A DNA stretch of 24,752 nucleotides from a virus. Taxonomy: Duplodnaviria > Caudoviricetes. The stretch spans positions 1-24,752 of IMG/VR virus record IMGVR_UViG_3300038393_000974. The stretch is one strand, 5' to 3'. Below, one piece after another: positions 16,507 through 22,685 of the stretch (position 1 is the stretch's first letter; each line of letters opens with the position of its first letter). The position numbers and the translations under genes were made by a program. Under the pieces are notes generated by a model that saw only the letters and a program-made list of their open reading frames with translations, was not told where the DNA came from and ran no database searches.

Positions 16507-16965
16507 TCAGTAGCCGCAGGACGCAAGCAGCTCTGCCAGCTTCCTCATGTCCTTCTTGAACGCGCTCGAGTCCATATCATAGGAGGCGACGTCGAAGTAA
16601 TCGGGAAGACACGTAGGCATCTTGATCGACTTCCCATAGAACTTATACAGGCCCTGCTCGACGCTGCCGACTCTGAACTCGTCCAGAGCCACGAGCTTAC
16701 CCTCCGTCTTCTTGTCGAAGTCCTCGGGACGGATGTTTCTCCATGCTTGACCGGCTCTGGCTATAACGGCTCCTGCCAGACAGACCGCGCACTTATTCTC
16801 CTCGGAGTCGATGTTGAACCAGCTGTGCATATCGACGACGTATCCCGACGTCTTCTCAGCGGCTTCAAGATCCCGAAGCGCGGCCAGGATAGCCTGACTC
16901 GGCTTATCGGGAATCTCGGGCTTGTTCGGCTTCTGGTCTCGCGGTATCGGCAGCTTCTTGACCAT
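16507..16965 (-). CDS. Hypothetical protein, CxVCLAGAV family (paralogue of 13594-14022)
   Basis: GAGGAG SD before ATG 16965; shared motifs. Confidence 0.8.
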   Translation of the reverse strand: MVKKLPIPRDQKPNKPEIPDKPSQAILAALRDLEAAEKTSGYVVDMHSWFNIDSEENKCAVCLAGAVIARAGQAWRNIRPEDFDKKTEGKLVALDEFRVGSVEQGLYKFYGKSIKMPTCLPDYFDVASYDMDSSAFKKDMRKLAELLASCGY

Positions 16966-16979
16966 GACTTCGTTCTCCT

Positions 16980-17231
16980 CTATCTTCCCGATGAAGTTCC
17001 ATCGTATCCGGACTGATCCCAGATGCTCAGCACCATCCTGCCCATGAACCACGATATACAGAGCGAGAAGACGCCGAGGAATACACGGGGCCCTCCGATC
17101 CAGGTGATCGCCGTTACGATCGCGTACACTATCCCCGTCGCGATACCAGTGCTAACACCACCAACGACCATCGTTGCCGGCAGCTTCCAGTACCACTCGA
17201 GTCCATTCACGTAGTCGAAGATCTTCTTCAC
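16980..17231 (-). CDS. Membrane protein
   Basis: AAGGAG SD, GTG start in GTGA overlap; two hydrophobic segments. Confidence 0.65.
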   Translation of the reverse strand: MKKIFDYVNGLEWYWKLPATMVVGGVSTGIATGIVYAIVTAITWIGGPRVFLGVFSLCISWFMGRMVLSIWDQSGYDGTSSGR

Positions 17232-17404
17232 TGCCCGCTCTCCTTCATTGGTCCTGATATGCATAGGTACTCGCCCTTTTGAGCGCGCTCAGCCCATTCA
17301 CTCCCAGCCGCTTCACAGAGCGCCTTAGTCTGGTAGCCCGGGATCGACGCGATGCTCGGTCCACCGAACGTTGACATGACGATGATCAGGACAAAGGAGC
17401 TCAC
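17228..17404 (-). CDS. Small secreted/membrane protein, 58 aa
   Basis: Hand-translated MSSFVLIIVMSTFGGPSIASIPGYQTKALCEAAGSEWAERAQKGEYLCISGPMKESGQ; AGGAGG SD; GTGA overlaps at both ends. Confidence 0.7.
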   Translation of the reverse strand: MSSFVLIIVMSTFGGPSIASIPGYQTKALCEAAGSEWAERAQKGEYLCISGPMKESGQ

Positions 17405-17643
17405 AGCACCCTCCTATAGACTTGAAACAGCACACCCTCGTGCTTCCTGGTCTGAGGAGTCCGCTCCCAGACGGCCACGGACTCAGTCGGAAAGTGCTTG
17501 TCGCCGACGATCAGGACTGAGTCGACTATGGCCTTCTCGGCGCTGATCTGGGAGTGACCGAACTTCTGACAGCCTCCCCTGATCGTGCGAACGGCGATGA
17601 AGCGCTCCTGGTGTGTATCGAAGAGCTCGGCCGGCGTCATCAC
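17401..17643 (-). CDS. Hypothetical protein
   Basis: AAGGAG SD; promoter-like element upstream. Confidence 0.65.
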   Translation of the reverse strand: MMTPAELFDTHQERFIAVRTIRGGCQKFGHSQISAEKAIVDSVLIVGDKHFPTESVAVWERTPQTRKHEGVLFQVYRRVL

Positions 17644-17673
17644 TCATTCTCCTTTTCCTCAGGTACTGGGTAG

Positions 17674-17702
17674 ACTTAAATCCAGTCTGGGATGAATGTC
17701 AA
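17674..17702 (-). promoter_or_regulatory. Putative early promoter
   Basis: TTGACA (containing the upstream TGA stop)-17-TTAAGT. Confidence 0.5.
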
Positions 17703-18148
17703 TCGCTCTTCTTCTTCTTCCTCGGCGTCTTGCCCACGGGCAGGTACTGGTCGATCTCGGATGCTAGGTGAAGGAGCTCGTTCCTGATGGCCTGTGCATG
17801 GGCACGCTTCTTCCCGGTGAACTTCCCATCGCGTCCCTCTGTCTGGAAGTCGATGAACATCCGGACGGCTTCGGAGAAGTTGAACTGAAGCATGGGACCC
17901 GAGTACTCATAGTCTCCCAGAGGGAGCTCGACGTTGAACTTGAGGGGCTCGGCCGGATCGTAGGTCTGGGACATCTCCATGATCGGATCGTTTCCGACGG
18001 CGTACTCCAGAACCTCGGAGACCGCTTCCTTCACGATCTTCTCCAGGTTGAACGCTTCGAGCGCTTCCTCGAGCCTGGGAAGAGTCCACTCCCCGATGTC
18101 GACCTTACCGATCTTGAGCGACTTACCCACTGCTTTCTTCTTGGTCAT
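17699..18148 (-). CDS. Hypothetical protein with Lys-rich termini
   Basis: GGGAG SD; 149 aa. Confidence 0.78.
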   Translation of the reverse strand: MTKKKAVGKSLKIGKVDIGEWTLPRLEEALEAFNLEKIVKEAVSEVLEYAVGNDPIMEMSQTYDPAEPLKFNVELPLGDYEYSGPMLQFNFSEAVRMFIDFQTEGRDGKFTGKKRAHAQAIRNELLHLASEIDQYLPVGKTPRKKKKSD

Positions 18149-18174
18149 CGTCGTAGTCTCCCGATGTGATGAGG

Positions 18175-18342
18175 TTATAGAATATCGACCGCTTCATCCC
18201 AGCGCCCGCAGAAGGCGCTGAGCCAGTCCCTCTGCTCCTGAGTCAACTGCTCGTCGAAGAGGTGCTCGTCGGCGCTTCCCAGGGACAGACCGTTCGTCTT
18301 GTTCCACTCGGCGTACTCTTGGATGAGCTCGTTGATGGTCAT
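18175..18342 (-). CDS. Hypothetical protein, 55 aa
   Basis: GAGGAG SD before ATG 18342. Confidence 0.7.
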   Translation of the reverse strand: MTINELIQEYAEWNKTNGLSLGSADEHLFDEQLTQEQRDWLSAFCGRWDEAVDIL

Positions 18343-18355
18343 TTTACTCTCCTCT

Positions 18356-18553
18356 CTATAGGACTTGAGTATCAAGCCACTTCTCATAAGCGTCCAGGTT
18401 CTCGACCGTTCCCTCTAAGAGGAAGCAGGGTGTGGCAGTCCCAGTCACCCAGTGTGCCTTGACCTGGAGGTGGTGCTCCTCGAGCTTAGTGAAGAAGTCG
18501 TCGGTGTCCATGCCGTGAACGTAGATCGGTAGGTCTCGAGTGACGTTGCTCAT
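18356..18553 (-). CDS. Hypothetical protein
   Basis: GAGGGG SD, own promoter. Confidence 0.72.
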   Translation of the reverse strand: MSNVTRDLPIYVHGMDTDDFFTKLEEHHLQVKAHWVTGTATPCFLLEGTVENLDAYEKWLDTQVL

Positions 18554-18584
18554 GTTCGTATTCCCTCTGGGTTCAATACCGATG

Positions 18585-18612
18585 TCTATAATCAGTGTGA
18601 TGGGAATGTCAA
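18585..18612 (-). promoter_or_regulatory. Early promoter
   Basis: TTGACA-16-TATAGA. Confidence 0.6.
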
Positions 18613-18615
18613 GGA

Positions 18616-18813
18616 TTAGTCTTTCCAGCAGTCCCCGGCTTTAAGCTGCACTTCAGTCGATCCGCAGAGATATGCTCCGGAGAAGCCGCTTGGGTTCTTG
18701 ATCGTAATCATCTCGCCGCAGATGGCAACGACTCGTCCGTACTGCTCGATGTCAGCTTTGAAACCGACTACGTCGCCGGTCCTGATCGAATCACCGTCCA
18801 TTGAGTAGGGCAT
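18616..18813 (-). CDS. Small beta-barrel-like hypothetical protein
   Basis: GAGGAG SD; GDVVGFKADIEQYGRV motif. Confidence 0.72.
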   Translation of the reverse strand: MPYSMDGDSIRTGDVVGFKADIEQYGRVVAICGEMITIKNPSGFSGAYLCGSTEVQLKAGDCWKD

Positions 18814-18845
18814 CTGGGAAGACTCCTCTGTGTTCCGATAGTTCG

Positions 18846-18874
18846 AGTTTACAACATCGTGAAGAGGATGTCAA
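18846..18874 (-). promoter_or_regulatory. Early promoter
   Basis: TTGACA-17-TAAACT followed by the CGAACTATCGGAAC leader. Confidence 0.8.
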
Positions 18875-18875
18875 C

Positions 18876-19101
18876 TCACATATTCTTGAGGTAGCACGGT
18901 CCCAGGTACTTGACGACTTCCTCCTTAGTCAGAAAGTGATCAAGGTTCCAGTAACCGTATTCCTTGTTCTCGACCATCATGCAGGGCCGACCGGTGTGCT
19001 GACTCAAGGTTGCCATCCTCGTGTACCCATCGAGGTACGTGGTACCCAATGGTCTTCAGACGGTCCTGAGAAGTGCCTTGCGCCAGAGTGTGCCTGATCA
19101 T
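18876..19101 (-). pseudogene. Small gene apparently broken by a 1-nt frameshift
   Basis: Promoter, SD and ATG at 19101; span to TGA at 18876 is 226 nt (75 codons + 1). Confidence 0.45.
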
Positions 19102-19131
19102 CGTCGTGCTCCCGAGTGTTCCGATGGTTCG

Positions 19132-19160
19132 AGTCTAAATCACCATCACGAAGATGTCAA
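19132..19160 (-). promoter_or_regulatory. Early promoter
   Basis: TTGACA-17-TAGACT plus CGAACCATCGGAAC leader; 24 nt identical to 14777-14800. Confidence 0.8.
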
Positions 19161-19570
19161 TGGGAAAGTGCGTGGATCCAGTCGCGCTCGATCGCCTTGG
19201 CTTCCTTGTCCGTCAGGTAGACGAGCCGACCGTTCTTTCTCTGGGACTTCAGGTGCTCCTTGGCGTGCTCCTCGACGAGCGTGTCGCACCACCTGCCGTT
19301 GGGACCGACCACCGTATACCGGACTTCTCCGTCTGGGTTGGTGAACCGGCGTACCGCGACTCGACCGCTCCTGAACTGTGCATTCACGTAGTCGGCGTAG
19401 AACCACTTGCCCATCGTCCAGCTGCTCGGGTTTTCCCAGAGGCACCGCTTGGCGATCCGAGCGTTCACTTCCGGGGAGTCGGGCAGCTCACCCTTCTTGA
19501 CGAAGTCCCGAAGTTCCTTGGAGCCGTAGCAGTTCAAGAGAGTCCGCTGTGCGTCTGTCAGGTCGGTCAT
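19157..19570 (-). CDS. Hypothetical protein
   Basis: GGAG SD, own promoter; 137 aa. Confidence 0.78.
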   Translation of the reverse strand: MTDLTDAQRTLLNCYGSKELRDFVKKGELPDSPEVNARIAKRCLWENPSSWTMGKWFYADYVNAQFRSGRVAVRRFTNPDGEVRYTVVGPNGRWCDTLVEEHAKEHLKSQRKNGRLVYLTDKEAKAIERDWIHALSH

Positions 19571-19599
19571 TTGAGTTGCTCCGAGTTGCCGATGGTTCG

Positions 19600-19628
19600 A
19601 GCTTACACCTTCTTTGTGAAGATGTCAA
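19600..19628 (-). promoter_or_regulatory. Early promoter
   Basis: TTGACA-17-TAAGCT plus CGAACCATCGGCAAC leader. Confidence 0.8.
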
Positions 19629-19786
19629 CCGTTCTTTTTACGTGCCGCTAGCTCCTCTTTGAAGACCTTGTTCAGGTCAGCTGGGATGCGCAGCTTCTTG
19701 ACGTTGGCAATCTGCCACTCCAAGTCCCTGATGGACATTCGCTTCGCCACTTCCTTGATGCCGTTTAGTTCTGCTTGGGTAGCCAT
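19625..19786 (-). CDS. Hypothetical protein, 53 aa
   Basis: Hand-translated MATQAELNGIKEVAKRMSIRDLEWQIANVKKLRIPADLNKVFKEELAARKKNG; GGAG SD; own promoter. Confidence 0.72.
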   Translation of the reverse strand: MATQAELNGIKEVAKRMSIRDLEWQIANVKKLRIPADLNKVFKEELAARKKNG

Positions 19787-19817
19787 GGTTCGTCTCCGTT
19801 GCTCGATCGTGAATCAG

Positions 19818-19846
19818 ACTATAATCCTCTTCACGAAGAAGTAAAC
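19818..19846 (-). promoter_or_regulatory. Early promoter
   Basis: GTTTACT-16-TATAGT (GTTTAC is the T4 early -35). Confidence 0.65.
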
Positions 19847-19859
19847 GGCTATTTTACGG

Positions 19860-19888
19860 TTGACATAGACCCGAATCAGTGGTAGACC
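19860..19888 (+). promoter_or_regulatory. Divergent promoter pointing antisense into minus-strand genes
   Basis: TTGACA-17-TAGACC with TG extension. Confidence 0.45.
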
Positions 19889-19897
19889 GCGCGATCT

Positions 19898-20101
19898 CTA
19901 TGTATCGTACATCTCGTCCCAGTCGTACCAGACGTCGTAGATCGGGTCCCAGATCAGCTCGGGTATCTCATCACGGGCGAGCTTCCAGTCGAAGAGCTCA
20001 TTGAGCTTCTCCCGGTGATTCCGCAGCTCGTCGTCCGAGAGCAGCATCGACTTCTTTCCCCTCATGTTCGGTACGTTCCTGGCCCAGCCTACGCTCTTCA
20101 T
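19898..20101 (-). CDS. Hypothetical protein
   Basis: GAGGGAG SD; 67 aa. Confidence 0.6.
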   Translation of the reverse strand: MKSVGWARNVPNMRGKKSMLLSDDELRNHREKLNELFDWKLARDEIPELIWDPIYDVWYDWDEMYDT

Positions 20102-20179
20102 GCTCCCTCTTTAGTTCCCGTAGCCGCTTCCTCCAGCGCTCGGTGTGTTTCGGATGCGGCTTACCGCACTTACACTCGC

Positions 20180-20389
20180 TCATTCACTGGGCTCCGGCAT
20201 CGGCATCCAGTGCGTGGGATGACTGAGCTCCAGGTCGTAGTCGATCGTGAACCAGCCCGATACCCATATACTCTTCTTCCAGTATCCCTCGCGCCTTCTA
20301 TACGGAAAGTGCGCCAGCTTAGCCCAGAGAACGACCGGTGTACCGTCCCTGGGTGCCGTGCTTATCGGTTGCCATTGGTTAAAATCCAT
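20180..20389 (-). CDS. DUF551-like phage protein
   Basis: WQPISTAPRDGT...PTHWMPMPEP; GAGGA SD. Confidence 0.82.
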   Translation of the reverse strand: MDFNQWQPISTAPRDGTPVVLWAKLAHFPYRRREGYWKKSIWVSGWFTIDYDLELSHPTHWMPMPEPSE

Positions 20390-20501
20390 GATGTCCTCTC
20401 GTGCTCCACATCTCCAGTATCATGAAGATCTCGATCAGTGTGATCAGAGCGAATGCCGTCAGCGCGGTGGCTTTTAGTACGTATCCCGCGATCTTCTTCA
20501 T
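20379..20501 (-). CDS. Single-TM peptide, 40 aa
   Basis: Hand-translated MKKIAGYVLKATALTAFALITLIEIFMILEMWSTRGHHGF; GAGGAG SD. Confidence 0.55.
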   Translation of the reverse strand: MKKIAGYVLKATALTAFALITLIEIFMILEMWSTRGHHGF

Positions 20502-20507
20502 CGTATG

Positions 20508-20621
20508 CTACTCCTCTCCAGATATCATATACCAGATCATACCGATGTACAAGTACAATGCACACCCCGTGATGAAGAGGAGGACACTCGTACAAACGGC
20601 TTGTATGAGTAGACCGATCAC
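20508..20621 (-). CDS. Single-TM peptide, 37 aa
   Basis: Hand-translated MIGLLIQAVCTSVLLFITGCALYLYIGMIWYMISGEE; GTGA coupling, no clear SD. Confidence 0.4.
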   Translation of the reverse strand: MIGLLIQAVCTSVLLFITGCALYLYIGMIWYMISGEE

Positions 20622-21055
20622 AGAAGAGACGCCGCTCGGAAGAAGTCGTCTACCTGAGACGATGTCCAGCCGTACGCCGTTCCTATGGCTATCGTCATCG
20701 GGTGATTCCGCTCGAACACAGTGGCACCTCCCACGAGCATCTTAGCCGCGAACTGCTGCTCAGCGGGCATACCGTCGATGATGGTCAGGAGAGGAGGAGG
20801 TATCACGGCCGCGTTGGAAGCCAGGGCGTCGTCCTGAGTGATGATGCCCAAGACTGCCAGCTGCTGGAAGAACTGACGATCGGATATCGACGCCGGTACG
20901 GGAGCGGGTGGAGCAACATACGGATCGGGAACGCCGCCGTCCGCTACCCACTTTTCATACGCCGCTCGATCAGTGTTGCTCGGATCGTTGGGTATGCATG
21001 CGTTGTCCGCGGTGCGTATGACTACGTCTGTATCGGTTAGCTGGTATTCTGCCAT
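20618..21055 (-). CDS. Tail-fibre assembly chaperone-like protein
   Basis: IPNDPSNTD...YEKWVADGG.P, ISDRQF...L, F.R.HP...G....VDDFFRAA; directly follows fibre-like genes. Confidence 0.7.
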   Translation of the reverse strand: MAEYQLTDTDVVIRTADNACIPNDPSNTDRAAYEKWVADGGVPDPYVAPPAPVPASISDRQFFQQLAVLGIITQDDALASNAAVIPPPLLTIIDGMPAEQQFAAKMLVGGATVFERNHPMTIAIGTAYGWTSSQVDDFFRAASLL

Positions 21056-21058
21056 GTG

Positions 21059-22075
21059 TTACATCCTTGCGTTTAGCGATAAGTTGAATGGTATGATGCC
21101 GCCGAGTCCCGATCCACTCACCATTATGTATCCCGACTTCACAGAGGAGATGCCGATGGAAAACGTGCTCGGTGTAGTGACGGCACCGGCGCTCGTCCAC
21201 GCCAGGTTCGTAGAAGCGGGAAGCACGGCGGTGGCTGATCCACGCTTCTCGACCCAGTAGATAGGTGCGTATATCTGGGAGAACGAGCCGCCTCCCAGGA
21301 ATATGCCCGCGAAGGTGGTTCGCTCGTAGTACCGCTGACACAGCAGGAGCTCCGATACGTAGTCCGGCACCCAGAAGCCCGGATCGACTCTTCCCTGATA
21401 GAGGCCTACGTCGAAGAGCTCGAAGACGTTACCGACGGTAGCCATCAAGTTCGACTGGTTCGGTGAAGCTATGTAGTTGCCGGAAGTCCAGCTTCCGGCG
21501 GTCGTCTGATACGTGGTGCCGGACATGATGCACCAGCTTATCTGCACCCCTAGTGTGTTGTTCGTCAGCCACGTTCCCGCCTGATCACCCGGAACAACGA
21601 CCGTTTTGACCACATCGGTATTCGCTTCGCCGGCTGAGATCGTGTACTCAGCCACGTAGGATCGCGCGGCACCGCTGTTCCTGAAAGCCACGCAGTATGT
21701 TCCGGCCGGTGCACGAACGCCGAAGCGGAGGACGACTATCTTAGCTGAGCTCGTTCCGAACAGCAGGTCGGTGATCCGATATCCCTCTATCGACTGAATG
21801 ATGCCGCCGTTGTCCGATGCGCCCACGGATGTATCTGCAGTTCCAACGGTCAGGCGAATCCTGTTCGGAGAACCGCTTGGTGTGGCAGAAGCGACCTGCG
21901 CCGCATTTAGAACACCGGCGAATGAGTTGAAGGCGAAGAACTGGTCCACCGGATAGTAGCCGTTGACTGAGCTGGACGTCAGCCCGTTCTCCTGTGATAC
22001 CGTCATCCCGCCGTTCAGGATGTAGTTCTTCTTCTGTGTTCTGGAAGCCCAGAGCGCCTCGTTCGTTACCGTCAT
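21059..22075 (-). CDS. Fibre/receptor-binding-like protein, stand-alone paralogue of the C-terminal domain of the upstream ORF
   Basis: KNYILNGGMTVSQENG...ELLLCQRYY...LNARM; start at ATG 22075 with AAGGA 9 nt upstream. Confidence 0.75.
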   Translation of the reverse strand: MTVTNEALWASRTQKKNYILNGGMTVSQENGLTSSSVNGYYPVDQFFAFNSFAGVLNAAQVASATPSGSPNRIRLTVGTADTSVGASDNGGIIQSIEGYRITDLLFGTSSAKIVVLRFGVRAPAGTYCVAFRNSGAARSYVAEYTISAGEANTDVVKTVVVPGDQAGTWLTNNTLGVQISWCIMSGTTYQTTAGSWTSGNYIASPNQSNLMATVGNVFELFDVGLYQGRVDPGFWVPDYVSELLLCQRYYERTTFAGIFLGGGSFSQIYAPIYWVEKRGSATAVLPASTNLAWTSAGAVTTPSTFSIGISSVKSGYIMVSGSGLGGIIPFNLSLNARM

Positions 22076-22685
22076 CCCATTACATCCTTGCGTTGAGTGC
22101 GTTCTTACCAGTCTGCTGGTAGAATACGAAGGCGTAGCCCAGACCACCGCCTGAAGTCGACATGTTCGGACTCACGTTATAACCCGAACCCGTGTAGGAG
22201 CCGATCGCTATAGAGGATACAGCCACGATCGTGTCTCCGCCGATCGTAGACAATCCCGATGTAGATATCGTCGGCGTTGCCCTCATGGGTGTGGATGGTA
22301 CGAATCCGTATCCGGCCGTTCCTCCAGTCCGAAGTGTTCCGCCGCCGAAGAACGTGCTGGGTGCGATCGGAATGAAGTACCTCCGGCAGAGTGCGAGCTC
22401 GGGTGCGAAGTCGGGTACTACGAAGTCCGGTGCTGCGGTGCCCTCGTACAAGCCCACGTCGAAGAGCTCGAAGACGTTGCCGACTGTACCCATCAGGTTG
22501 AACTGATTAGCGGTGCCGTGATAGTTCACACCAGACCAAGATCCGGGTGTAGCAGTCTGATAGGTCGATCCGACGGCTAGTCCCCATATCACCGTGATGC
22601 CTATCCCAGAATTCGTAAGCCATGTGCCGGATACATCGCCCGGCACAGTCACGGACTTCACCACATCGGTATTCGCTTCGCCGGC
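21609..22685. repeat. Direct repeats between the two fibre-like domains
   Basis: 26-nt identity 21609-21634 = 22660-22685; also 23-nt 21408-21430 = 22456-22478 and 15-nt at both stops (21059-21073 = 22080-22094). Confidence 0.9.

Noticed and set aside
18585-19846. CRISPR-like or attC/integron array
   Set aside because: Repeats are degenerate promoters separated by whole genes of variable length; no cas or integrase gene visible.
19998-20183. 61-aa ORF MSECKCGKPH...
   Set aside because: ATGA-coupled start is plausible, but it overlaps the next gene by 104 nt; left uncalled.
20362-20595. 77-aa TTG-start ORF
   Set aside because: No SD; two short hydrophobic ORFs in other frames fit the spacing better.
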